From a virus (lineage: Duplodnaviria > Caudoviricetes), in the IMG/VR virus record IMGVR_UViG_3300013383_000001, positions 32,001 through 96,000 of that record: a stretch of DNA of 64,000 nucleotides. One strand, 5' to 3'. This document shows positions 42,962 to 56,868 of this stretch, in pieces. Position numbers and translations under genes: made by a program. The notes below the pieces were generated by a model, which made no database searches, was not told the origin of the DNA, and saw only the letters and a program-made list of their open reading frames with translations. How positions within the stretch are numbered: position 1 is the stretch's first letter; each line of letters starts with the position of its first letter.

Positions 42962-44880
42962 ATGTAATACCTAAATTTCAATAGGGAGGAGGGTTTTCCT
43001 CCCTATTTGTAACATATAATCCAGTTCCTCAACCATAGGCTCAAGCAGAAGCTCAACCTACGGCAGCATCTTCAGCAGAAACAAAGAAAAGTGAAGATGA
43101 TGGAATTACTAAAAAAGATATTGCACAAATGCTTGATAATATAGATGGATTACCTAGTGACATGTAGGCAGTACAAGCATCTCTTATTAGTTTGCTTACT
43201 TCACCAAGTATAGGTAGTTCTTCTGATATGTCTGTTGCTTATATGAACGCAATGACACAATTAAAAATTGCTAAGTTTAATAAGCAAGAATATGATAAAG
43301 CATATACTGCAGTATAGTAGAATGGAGGACTAGATGAACAAGCAATTACTGCATCTGGTACCTTAGTTGTTTTTAATAAAGATACTAATGGAATCGATGA
43401 AGTAACTGTTAATGAGTTTTTGAAAGATAAAGGAAAAACATATGGCACACTTACTAATTCCAACCTATTACAAATGAGAGCATGGCGTCCTGAGTATGTA
43501 AATAAAAATAACATATTAGGAGTTGTATCTAATGGTATTGGAATGAAAGAAATACACGAACTTGCATCTAAGATGATTGGTACATTGGGTACATCAGAGC
43601 AAGCAAGAGAGCAACTCAATATTAAAAAGGGTAGTGTTATTGCTCAAGGTTTACAAGTACTTAATGATGCTCAAGCACAAGCAATGATGACCGAGTATGG
43701 AATGTCGTTAGACGGTCTTTATAAAGCAAAGGTAATTACTAAAACACAGAAAGATCAAGCAGAAGCTGCTCTTAACTATGTTTATAGCATGCTTCCCACT
43801 AATGCAAGAACAATGCTTAAGTTAAGATCAGGAGATACTAAAAATCCTGATGCTGGTGCAAGAAAAATACTTGGTGCACTTGTTATGTCTAAAATGGATT
43901 CTACTTATGATCAATCTATAGACTATCTTGGAGGATTTGAGAAAGTAATGGGTAAAAGCAGTGGATCAAAGAAAGGTTCAGGATCTGGAGAAGACGGAGA
44001 TTATGATGATGGAATAGACGGAAAAGCAGGTCCATATACTGCTATTGCTCGTATGATTGGAGCAACAGATACTTCATTCACTTTAAATCCTGGTACAAGT
44101 TATCAGTTTACTGTGGATGGTAAAAGTTATGCATCTCTTCCTGATTATCAAGGCAAACCTGTCGGTAAGACCAGTCTTGAAAACTTACTTATAAGTGGAT
44201 TACAAGGTATTGTCACTAATAAAAATTCTATTACATTTGGTGATGTTACATTGGATGCTCAAGACTTTGATAACATTATGTACGATGGTCGTGGGGGTAC
44301 TCTTATTGTTGCTCCTACTAAGACTGATGCAAATGGTAGAAAGACAATTGACTTGGATGTATTAAAACGTTGGAAAGAAGCTAATGACGATCTTAAAAGT
44401 AAAGGTATTGATATTAATGACTCTTCTAAGATCAATGAAATATATAATGTCCTTCGATCACATAAACTTGAAGGTCTTGTAAATATAGGTGATAAGAAAA
44501 TTGACTATTCTAAGTTTGGTATGTTTATGGCAATTAATGCAGTTGCAGTTGCTAAAACAGATAGAGCTTAGGATAAATTTGAGAACAGTAAATTTGTTGT
44601 TGAATAGGATGATGACGATGATATTGTAGAAATGCTCAATAAAGCATTATCAACTAATGAGAAGCAAGATAATTATGAAGTAAAGACTGGCTGGTGGGGA
44701 GATGATTTATATTCTGGTGTAGTATATATACCAATTAGTAGTAATCCTTATCAATCAATGGTGGCAGAAGGACAAACGCCTAAGGAAAGTGTAGCACAAG
44801 CAAGAGAACATAATTGGCAAAGATCTAATAAGATGCTTTCGGCTCAAAAGCCTGATTCTAGTTTAATGAATAATAAATGA
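42958..44880 (+). CDS. Cargo/ejection protein (640 aa)
   Basis: Starts MNVIPKFQQGGG; contains track ORFs 43420 and 44632; ATGA overlaps at both ends. Confidence 0.7.
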
Positions 44881-47800
44881 AAGAAAACGATTATATATTA
44901 GCGAATATATTAAATCCTGAATTTGATAATTAGGATTTTAAAGAAGTATTGGGAATGGATATGGATAATACCTAGATCCTTCCTTATAATAGTTATGTTA
45001 ATAATGATTATATTAGATCAATAGGGGCATTTCAAGATTCAGATGGTACTTTTAATGAAGATAAATTTAAAAAATATTATCAAAGTGCTTTAGTAGGATT
45101 TCAAGACTTTAGTACTAATCCTTTAGTCGATGACAGTTTCGAGTATGGAGTATTTGATGCTTATCGTAAACCTGATTCTAAAGTAAAAGATCCTCAATTC
45201 CAACTTATGAGAGTGATGAATCCTAATCATGAGAGTATTGGTATTGGTGGAATAAATCAAACCGCAGAATCTCCTTTAACAGGTGCAGAAATTGCACAAA
45301 CACAGAAGATATTTGATTCTGCTACTGGAAAGTATTTGGATTATTCTCCTAATGATATATCTTTAACTAGTAATGTATTTGGTTGGTTTAAATCATTGTT
45401 TGATGATCCTTTAGTTAGAGCAACTTACGATGAAGATGGATTCCATAAAGATCCTTTCACCGGAGAAATGGTAGGACATAAGAAAGGAGAATATAAACTT
45501 AATGATAACGGTGAATATTTCTATGAGACTCTTAATGGTAGATCATTGATCGGTAAGGAAGTACTTTCTGCTACTGATATTCTTACTGTGGATGGTGAGG
45601 GATTAAATAAGTATGACTTTTTAGATTCTGACGATAAAGAGAAATCCATAATGGGGTCTCTTGCTAAAACTGCATTATTAGTAACCCCTTTGTTATTTGG
45701 AGGTCCAGTTAGTGCAACTTATAGTGCATTATTAGTAGCTAAGGAAATGACTAAATCTCTTCCTATGCTTCAAGGTATGTTATCGTCTGCATTTGGTGAT
45801 GGGAGTGATTCTAAACTTATAAACACTCTTGCAGGGTATGCCAATAAATTTACAATGGGTGTATCTGAACATTCTAAATAGAATGTATTTACTTGGGAAA
45901 ATACTATCAACCTTATGGGAGATGTTGCTCTTCAATGGGGGCAGCAGCAATATATTGCAAAAGCAATTGCTGATTTACAAGGATCTACAAAGAAAGTAAA
46001 GGCAGCAGAGAAAGCAGCTAAAGAATTTTATAAACTTAATACAGGTAAAGAAGCCATTGGAGAAGAATGGCTAGAAACCACAGTAGGTAGAATAGCTAAT
46101 AAAACTATTCTCATGCCTGCTAAGATAGAAGCACAAAATGCTTATAAACTTGGTGCAGATGCATCTCTTGTTTATATGGCGTTAGTTTCTAATGAACCTG
46201 TATACGAAGAAATGCTTAATCATGGAGCATCAAAAAGAGATGCAGCGTTAGTTTCATTTGCTAGTTCTGTAGGTATGTTCGGGGTAGATAAATGGGCACA
46301 TTTAGGAGAAATCTTCTTCGATGAACTTAAAAATGAATCAAAAATTGCTTTTAGAAATACTGTAAAAGATTAGATTGAGAAATCTATGGACTCTCTTACA
46401 GAGATAATTAAAAATCCTGAAGTAAAGAAGAAAACCAAGAACCTTATCATGAGAGGAATGGATATTGGTAAGAAAGCGGTTAATAAATTTAATGATGACT
46501 TAAAGAATCACACTCTTGGTTTCTTTGGTAAAGCAATTGGTGAAGGTTTGGAAGAGGTATCTGAAGAGTTTGTAACTGATATATCTAAGACCATCTACGA
46601 AGTAGCAGGTGAATATGATTCTAACTTCTTTAATAGATCAGGTATTAGAGACGTAGGTGCATGGGATAATATGCTCGAAAGATATAGCATGTCCTTAATA
46701 GGTGGTACGCTTGGTGGTGGATTATTCTACGGTGTAGGAGTTGTTAAAGGTGGTAACTTTAAAAGAGATAACACCAAAGATAATCTTATTAACTTAGTTG
46801 CAAATAATAAGACTAATGAATTACTTGAACAACTTGATAAATTAAGAGACCAAGGTAAGTTAGGAAGTACAACATTGTCTGCAACCAAATATGAAAACAC
46901 CAGTGACAATAAGCCTGTTTATCTCACTACTACTGATAGTGAAGATACATAGAATCAATATGTATATAATAGAATAAAAGAATCTATTCTTCAAATTGAT
47001 CAATTACTTAAATAGACAGGTACTAAATTGAGTGATCAAGATCTATTTAATCAATTAGTCCAAAATGAAGAAAGATTTACTTAGCTCTCTGAATTAGAAA
47101 AAGAACAATCATATCTTACACGTTATCAAGAAGATTTTCGTGTATTAACCAGAAAACTTATTGATGCTGAAAAAGATTATTAGAATGCATTAACAAGTGA
47201 GGATGGTACACCTGGAGGAAAGCAATTTGAAGGTGATGTTATTGGTGAAAGATATAAAACAGATGCGGCTCGTTTAGAGAATATTGCTAAAGCAAAGAAA
47301 ACAGTCGATGAACTTAGAAAAGCTCGTAATGATTTTGCTTCTGGTAAAGCATCACTTCCTTATTTGGAGAAATTGTTATTTACAATAACTCCTAATATTC
47401 ATAATGCTTTCATGTCTATGACATACGCTGCTTGGGTAAAGAATAATAAAGGAAAAGATGTACTTACTCTTACGGATTCTGAACATGCTACTTATAAACA
47501 AGAATATCTTCAATATAAGAAAGATAATTAGAAAGATGATATTGAAATGGCATATTCTTTCTTTAAATAGCTGTAGGAGTTAGTAAATCCAGAACTTAAA
47601 AATATTTCTGAGAAAGCTAAGGCTTTTAAAGAGAATGATGAAATGTTTCAAGAGTTATTTGGTAATGAATCTGTTTTTGTAAAGTATAAATTAATTGATT
47701 ATAATGGAAAATTAGAGGAAGAATCAGAAGAAGAATATAATAACAGGGATACTAAATTAGAAGGAGAAACGGATCAAGAATTTGAGGCAAGGAAAAATGC

Positions 47801-50800
47801 TCGTATAAATAAAATAGAATAGAACAATCTTCGTAATATAAATAAAATAAATGATTTTATACAAGAATTAATTGATAAAACTGGAGGAATTGATTTATCT
47901 ACATCTAGACAACTTGTAAATATTTTAGGAACAAGAAAAAGAGATCAAGTACAACGTGTTATTGATGATTATTCTGATGAACAAGCTGCATATAATGTTC
48001 CTGTTATATCTGAAATTATTAGACAGCTAAATGTTGATAATTATGGAAATATTACTAATATCAACGATATAATTGAGAAAATTGCATCACATGTATCTAG
48101 TAATAAAGCAAAAGCAATAGTGCTGAGTACTGATGACACTTTAGAGGATGCTATTGAGGGAATTACGAGTTTAATGTCCTACTCTAAAGAAGTATCTGAG
48201 GATGAGAAGGAGCAATTATTAAATAAATGGTTGCAAGATGATGATATGGTTGAGGAAATCGTATAGGAATATAACGCAATTGTCAATCAATCAAAACAAG
48301 AAGCAGCTGATTTAGTTCAAAGAATTTTAAAAAAAATTCAAAGAAATCCATTTATTCAATTCTTTGATATTGTTCGCAGTAAATTAATTGCTAATAATCC
48401 AATTCAAGCATTAATTTCTAAACTTCCTGTTAATAATCAAGAAACTATAGAATAGTTGCTTAATAATATGTATGAAAGAATGTTAGGATTAAGATCTAAA
48501 GAAGATTTTATTTTAACAGGAGAAGAAGAATCATCTATCGAAGAAGCAGTTAATGTTTTAAATGCCTTAAGTTCTTTGCTTGCGACATAGGTTGAAAATC
48601 CGTCAATATCCGATAGTTATGCAGCAATTATAAATGAATTTGGTAAGAAGTATAAAGCTGATGGATTTGAAGAATTAGTAATTTTAGATGATGATGTGAC
48701 AGCTACATTAAAAATGGAAATTGATTCATATCTGGAAGAATTAACTGGAAGCACATCATTATTAAATGTATCTAGTATCAATCAGGTTAATACTATACAG
48801 AAGTTGATAAATACAGATACTAATTATGCCAAATCTATGGTAGAATTTTTCCATGTAATTAAAAGTAGTGGAAATTTCAAGTTTGTTCATAATGGTACTG
48901 AATATGATTTGTTAGAAGGAATAGACCAAATCTCTGATGAAGAACCATAGGTTAAGTTGGCAAAAATAGAACATCTTTACTATACTAATCTACAAAAATG
49001 TTTACAAAACATGTCTTTTACAGAAGTATTAGACGCTTGTAAACTTATTAGTAAAGATGATCCTAGCTCTGTTCTGAAATTAGATGAAGTTTTAGGACAA
49101 AGAAGTATTGAATTAAATGAAAAATTTGAATTTAATTCCGTAACAGACTATCAAAAGTTTATATATTTATTAAGTATAAGTGCTTTAGATTCTGAAGAAT
49201 TTAACACATATGTAAGAAGTACATCGAATGATACTAATACCAATGGAGATCCTATAGTTCCTTTAACCTCATAGGAAGTAGTAATTCGTACTGGAATTGC
49301 AAAACTTAAGGATAACTCTATATTTGAGCAAGGTATTGCATATATTAAAGACCACATAAATAAATATTAGTTTACACACATAACGTTTATAGATGGTCTT
49401 GCAGGAACAGGTAAATCTTCTGTTTGTGCAAAGAAAATTATTCAATTTAAAAATACGGATTAGGTTTGGGTTAGTTCTAATACAGATGTACAAACAGATT
49501 CGATTCATAGTGCAATAGGAAAAGGAACAAAGTTTAATAAAAAATAGTTATTTGAAAAAATAATAGATCCTCATATCTATGAATAGTTAATGTCTGATTT
49601 AGATGCAGATAAAACAAATTCTGAATTATTTACATTCAAAACTGATCCAGATGGAAATAACTATATCTTAGTAAACTTTGATAAAATTACATTTAACAAT
49701 GTAGATGATGCTCCTGTTATTTTATTAATTGATGAAATCACTCACTTTAGTAACGCTGAATTACAAATACTAAATAAATTTGCGCAAGATCATAACGTAC
49801 AAATTATAGGGTTAGGTGATACTTATCAATCTGGATTTGAACACATTGGAGAAAATGTACAAAGACCAAAAGGATTTATGGTTAGATCTCCTAAGTTATC
49901 AATCTCATTAAGAGCAAATAACTCTTAGAAATTTGCAAATCTCAATAAAATTAAATCTTTAATAGATTTTGTATATACAGTAGATGATTCGAATGATCCA
50001 AAACTTGATTTATTCAAAAGAAAAGTAAGAGAATTAACTCTTCAAGTATATAACAAAGAAGAAATAAATGGAGATTTGATAACGGATACAATAACTGAAG
50101 AAACTGCTCGTAAATTAAGTGGATCAATTGCATACGTTGGAGATACAAATACAGAAGCATTTAACACTTTAAAGAGTGTTCACCCTGAGGTCAAAGTATT
50201 AAGTGTCAAAGAAGTACAAGGTCAAGAATTTGATAATGTTGTAATAAATATTGATTGGAATTATGATTTTAATCAAAATGCTTCCTATTTAGAATTTTTG
50301 CGAAAGTTATATACTATGATTAGTAGAGGTAGAACCAACTCTATTATAATAGATAATAATTTAACGCATATTATTCAAGGGAATGACATTTCTAATCGTT
50401 AGATGGCTGCTCCTAATTTGTAGAGTTCTGCAAATGTATTTATTGAATAGAAAAATATAATTTATAACAAATTAAACGTTCCTGTTCCTTCTCAGAATAC
50501 ACCACAGCAAGGAGATACTACACAAAATCCCTAGCAGGGAGGATAGTAGAATCCTCAATCACCTGCTCCTCAGGGACAGACACCACAGCAAGGAGGAACT
50601 GGTCAAGGTGGATAGAATCCTGCTGCGCCATAGCAAGGTGGTCAAACACCTCCTGCGTAGAATCCTCCTTCAACACCTCAAGGTGGATCTGCTAATAGAG
50701 TTGTAAAATATGGAAATTCAATATTTAATCCAAGTACTGGAGTAATTACATTTAATACTCGTGGTTTAAAAGATGCTAAAGATTCAAGTAAATACTTTAT

Positions 50801-53800
50801 AGTAGAACTTGATGATGCAACTGGTACTGGTACATATAGAATAAATCCTGATGCAATAGACTATATTAAGGGCGATATAGATGTATTCAGAGATACTAAT
50901 GCAGTTGAAATGGATACTGCTGGAGTTACTGCAAATAACATAAAAGATCTAAAAGATACACAGGTAGGAACACTTATAAAAGATGGGGATGGTTGGAAAG
51001 TTAATAAAAAACTTAAAGTAGAAATCATTAAAGAAGGAGTTCCTCCGACTACTCAACCTCCTATATAGAACCCTCCAGCTAGCCCGACCGTAAATCCTCC
51101 TACAACTGATCCTGAATCAACTGAATCTTAGGATAATTCAGGATAGGATCAAGGATTAACTGATGGTACTGGAGAGACACCAGCCCACAAACGCGATGTT
51201 GATGAAGAACCTGAAGAAGATGAACAAGCATTGATTGCTTAGATGGGTAATGACAATATGGAGGATAAATTAAAATCAGCAAATTTAGATGATAATTCTG
51301 AAAGCATTATCCAAGAAGGATAGAATAGATAGGAATCTGTAAAGTAGACTAATAGTTTCCCGATAAGAGTATACAGTGAAGTATCACTTAGTGGACTTGT
51401 AAAACAAGGGACTATTTCTTCAGGCGATAGAAAAAGAACAATATATAGAAAAGGAAATAATTTAAATAATCCTGGAGTTACACATTAGGATTTACAAATA
51501 TTTATAGATACTGACACTATAGATGGTAATAATTTAACTCCGTATGTAAAGCAACTACGTTTATTAAAATCTGCAATCGTTTATGAAAGAGAGTGGGAAG
51601 ATCTTCCTTCTAATTTCCGAGATTTTCTTTCTTCTAAAGGTATAACAAAACAGAGTTTTAATGAGTTAAAAAAGAATATACACATTAAAATTCGCAAAAG
51701 AAGAGATAGTGATCATCATATTGGTTGGAATGGACTTGAATCAGATAAACTAACTATAGGTGAATATGTTTATACAGTTGTTGCTCAAGTAACCCCTGAA
51801 GGATCAACTAATACTTTTGAAATAACATTGGGAGCATTAGCTAATCCTGATTCTTATACTGTTTCTGAATGGGCAAGAAGTAATGGTAAAGAAGAACAAA
51901 CTAAACAAAACATATAGAGTTATAAAACATTATTCGATAGCTTAACTCAATAGGCAAAACAAGCTATTGATCAAGGAGGTATACTTGATTTAGTGCCTGG
52001 AACTGTACAATTCTCAGGAACATCTTACCTTAGACATTATCAAGGCACTGGAGCAGAAAGAACTAGGGTTCCTGTTACAGATGTAGGTCATTATAGGGCA
52101 ACACATCCTTTTTAGGTGATTACCGAAAAACATATTATTGTTAATCAAGATGGATCGTTTGATTAGCCAAAAGGTAAAATTCCGTTAGGAGGAAAAACTG
52201 TTTTATTTGTATCGGACGATTTAACTTTAGAAGGTAAAGATTTATACGAATTATATATTAAACAAAGAGAAGCTAATAAAGATGGAAGAGTAAATCCTAG
52301 TTCTAAGAAGTATCCTATTAGAATGATAATTCTAACAAATACTGGTATTGCTTACACAGATTTCTTTAAATATGGTTATAACTATTCTACATAGCAAATG
52401 ATTCGTTTTCCTTTTGAAAGAGATTTTACTGGAGCAAGAATGATGACCGCCCTGTGGAATTATCGAGCATCTTTATATAATTTCAAAGAATATTTGGATG
52501 ACTTTATTAAAAAAGGAATTGAAGGTCATCCTGAAATAATATTAACGAAAGAGTTAATATTAGAAGCATTAAAAGAGGAAGCTAAACATTATGATGTTAA
52601 TACAGGGACATCTACTGTAGATGAAAATAATTAGTATTACACCATAATTAAAGCAATTAAAGAATTTAATGATTCCTTATCAGATAGTGTTCGACAATTT
52701 AGGCTTGGTTATTATGCCGAAGAAAAAGCATTTAATTCTCAAATTAGAGTACTAACTAATGCTAATAAAAATGGAAATCCTTTCTACGGGAAAATAGTTG
52801 AAAATAGTAAAACTCCTAATAAACAAATATTAGGAACTTATATATCTCCACAATCTTTAGATATGCAGATAAAATTATTGGATACATTAATGTCCACGAT
52901 AGAAAGTATTGAAATAAATGGAGTTCCTTTTAAATTAGTGGATAAAGATGGTAATATTTATGATAAAACTAGATATATTACTTATAATGAAGGATACCCA
53001 AATTCTGTATCTCAATTAACAAATTTAGTTAATCAAGAAACAATAACTGTCGATGGGGTTACAATAACTGGATTTAGTAAATCGTTCTTAAAACTACTTC
53101 CTCTTTTTCTGAAAGAAATAGAATTAACAGCACGTCTAGATAGGGGAGATAACACTATGGATGTAAATGGTGTTAAAGTTAATACAACTAACTTGCTTGA
53201 TACTTTAAATGAATATGCAAATGGAGAGCAAGGATATGGTTCTGATAATTTCTCTTTATATACTGAATTATTAAATTTAATATTTCATGGAAACGCTAGA
53301 GGAGATATTAGTAGAAGTACAACTCATGCTACAGATGCTATGTTTAAATATGGATTCTTTATAGATCCGTATGGTTCTGCAGTAATTGAAAATACAAACA
53401 AACAAGCGTAGTTGAAAGAGTGTACAATGTCTGATAAGATGTTTCTTATTGATGTTGAAGTTGACATGCCTGTTTTCTCTATTAGTCTAGGAGAAATGAA
53501 AAAAGCTATAAGACAAGCAACTTAGAATACTAATCCAAGTTAGACTGAACAAACTCCAGTAGGGGAGCAAACTCCACCAGAAGAATCAGCTTCAGTAGAA
53601 GAGTAGAATCCTCCTGCTGAGCAAACTCCTCCAGAATAGACATCTCCTACTACAACACCTACTCCTAAACGAGGTAGAAGAAGGGGTGCAAAAAATACTG
53701 CTGTTAGCTTTGAAACATTTATTAGCAATTTAGACGTCGATACTAAAGTTGCAGAACTTGGAAATATTACTATATCCGAATATTTAAAAGCATTAAATAA

Positions 53801-56800
53801 TGGAGAAGAAATAACGGATTTCAAATTAACTAAAGATGGAAATAAACTGATAGTCGATACTCCAGTAGGAAAATTTGAATTTTTCCTTGATATGGATAAT
53901 AATTTATAGGTAACTAATCCAATTAAATCTCCTAAAAAACTTGATCCATCAGATATAATTTCTACTACTCCTATTAACAATCCTGCTTATAATATTACCA
54001 AAACACCTCCTTTTAAAGCAAGATTTCAACCTCAAGGAGGTAGAGGTAAACTTATATATGCTCAAAGTGGTACTGGCAAGACTACTATCGCAGACAATGA
54101 AACAGTATTTGATTCTGATTGGATTAAAGCTAAATTGCTTGGAGTTCCCACTGAATTAGCAGGAACTGTAGAACATTTAATGTCTGATTATGTATGGGTA
54201 ACTGAGGAAGTAAATGGGGAAACAGTTAAAAGAAAAGTTCCTATTGAGTAGATGCAGCTCTTGAATAATCCAGAAGTAGCACAACAACATGCTGTTATAA
54301 TGCAGAAGTATGAAAATGGTATCGATCTTACTAATTCTGAACAGTTTGCAGAGTTCTAGCAATTATATCCATGGGAACAGTATGCTTTATTAAAGAAATC
54401 TGATGATATTTTTTACGTTGATGAAAGCACTTTAAGCGTTAGGCTTGATGGATCTAAGACAAAAGTATATGTACATGAGTATCTTGATGAATTTCCAACT
54501 AAAGGAGATATAGCAGAGCGTGCAATTAATAACATAGAAGCAAATAAAGGAAATGTATCTTTAATAACTAGCAATGGGATAAAAATTGACTTTAAAAATA
54601 TTAAATGTACTAAATACCCAAACGCTTAGTTCTTTACAATTGAATCAATAATTTCCGATCCTATTGCATCCTAGGAATATAATAAAGTTGTAGCTGCATT
54701 AAACTATCCAGATGTTAATTTAAGAAATATAAATGATGTACTTGAAGGTACTAAAATATGTAATATTTTAATAGATAATGAATCTGGTGTATCAAGCGAG
54801 GCTATTATTCCTGGTATGAAACCAATGCTAGAAAGTTATAAAGGATTTAGTAAAGTTTATCCAAACGGAGAAGTTGTTTCTAATTCATCAGAATCAAAGG
54901 TACAACAATGGATAAACGGAATACCTGCTGTTTCGGCTAGTGATGAATTTAATGTACTAGTTACAGTTCAAATAAATCAATTATTGGATCAAGGAATGAC
55001 TGTCCTTTCTACTAGAAATTAGGATATTGGTCAAGCGGATTACATTGTATATAATGAAACCGATAGGCAATCCAAAGATCGTACTGGTAACTTTGATAGA
55101 GGTAATTAGTATGATAGCACTGATGCTTGGTAGAAGTCAATGGACATCATTAATAAAGTACCTGATGATAGTAAAAAGTACGCATTAAAAGAAGGAGAAT
55201 ACTTAGGTCATGTCCTCTTAGAATCAGGATATGAGAACTTTAATATAACGTTAAATCGTATTAAAGAAAATAAAAATGTAGCCTAGGCGATTTAGACTTT
55301 TTTTGGTAATTTTGGAATAACTGTTGAAGAATACGGAGCAGCTGGATATAGTATTGATTATTTACAGCGTGTAATTCAAGGTATTCATGGAGAAGGGGAT
55401 CTTGTTGAAGGCGCAGGTGAGTTTATATCATTCATGATGCAATGGAATGAAAGAGTTAAACACATTATAGGACGTGCTGAGGAGCTTAAAAATCCAGATG
55501 GTACTAAATACTTCTAGGAGAGAAAAACTAAAGCAGGATAGCCTTATACTAAGTTTAATGATTTTGCATATAAAGACTTAAATAAAGCAAATTATTTTAA
55601 GATGCTTGGTGCATTAATTGATGCAGAATTAGCACGTCAATTTAATGTTATTAAAAATACAGATAATGTTTCTTCTGCATCATTAGAAGGATTAGCAAGT
55701 ATCGAAGATATAAAATCTATTATATCCAGTTTTGATTCTAAAGTATCTGATGATGAAGATCTTGTTGAAGAGATTTATAAATTTGTTCAATATGCTGCTT
55801 TTAATATGCTTGCTAATAATCAAGGAATTATATTGCAGAGTATTACTAAGCCTGGGGCAAAGATGGAAGGAAGGGTATATAAGGTAAATGTGGAATAGGC
55901 ATTTGATGAAAACCCATGGGAGTTTGAGATAGTAAAAGCTCTATCCAATACAGGAGTGGTATCCTTAGCAGGAAGTACAGCAATGGCAACACAAGGAGTA
56001 GTGTATAGACCTTTAGAGAATCCATTACATGATCTTGATTTTAATACATACGCAACTGGTAAAGTAAATTCTAACGAGGACGCAAAAGCTGAAGTTGATA
56101 AAATCTTAAATCAAGTTAGACAATCAGATATTCAGAATAGAAAGCATGTTAGAACCATGAATAATCCAAATAAAGAAACAGGTAATATAGATAATTACAC
56201 TGTTACATATTTGGTTTTAGCTGATGCAGATGGACGTACAATTCCTTCTGATTCGATTACTTTAGAACAAGAAGATTATGTTCAAAGAGGAGAAACCAAA
56301 AATGATAATACACACCAGAGAGTTATTGTCAATGGAGAAGTTATAGGGCATATTGTTAGAGGTAACATAACATTCACTAAGGCAGGCTTTAAAGGTAAAT
56401 TACTTGATTTCTTTGTACATCCTAATGGTGTAAAACTTTCAAATGGTACACAGCTTCATCCAAGAGAATATAATTATAAAGGAACAATTCTATTAATGAC
56501 AGATTATAGAATGGCTCTTGCAGCAAAACAAAGATGGGCAAGATTAAAAGACATTTTTGATTATAATAGATTTGTAAAAAACGAACAAGAACTTACTACT
56601 AGAATAGTTGAATCTACGAATAATAATAATTCAAAAGCAATAATAGATATGCTGAATGAAGTGGTAGGAAAAGTAACTATTAGAACAAAAACTTAGAAAG
56701 ATAAGGTAGTTTAGTTTATACAACTATTCTCAGAAGATCAAAGTATAGATAACATAAGAAACAATTGGAATAGTAAAAAAGAAGTTCGCGATGCTGTTAA

Positions 56801-56867
56801 AAGAATAGATGTACAAACATTCAATACTATAGATAATATTATTAATAACACAGTAAAAGATTGCTAA
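44877..56867 (+). CDS. Giant multidomain virion protein (~3996 aa) with SF1 helicase, second P-loop and nucleotidyltransferase-like domains
   Basis: Twelve track ORFs from 45207 to 56696 share one frame and end in TAG. Helicase motifs GLAGTGKS, LLIDE, GLGDTYQ, VQGQEFD and YTMISRG; YAQSGTGKTT at ~54058; LAGS...HDLDF...RLKDIFD at ~55960-56565. Confidence 0.75.
50492..50690 (+). repeat. Low-complexity coding repeat (Q-N/T-P-Q-Q-G-G) linker
   Basis: ACACCACAGCAAGGAG occurs twice, and variants put TAG, CAG or CAA at equivalent positions. Confidence 0.7.
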
Positions 56868-56868
56868 T

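Noticed and set aside
2704-42964. TAATATGAAT-like motif near several gene starts (2704, ~19633, ~40055, ~42954) as a late promoter
   Set aside because: Partly explained by stop/start overlaps and AT-rich Bacteroidota leaders; not distinguishable from chance by eye.
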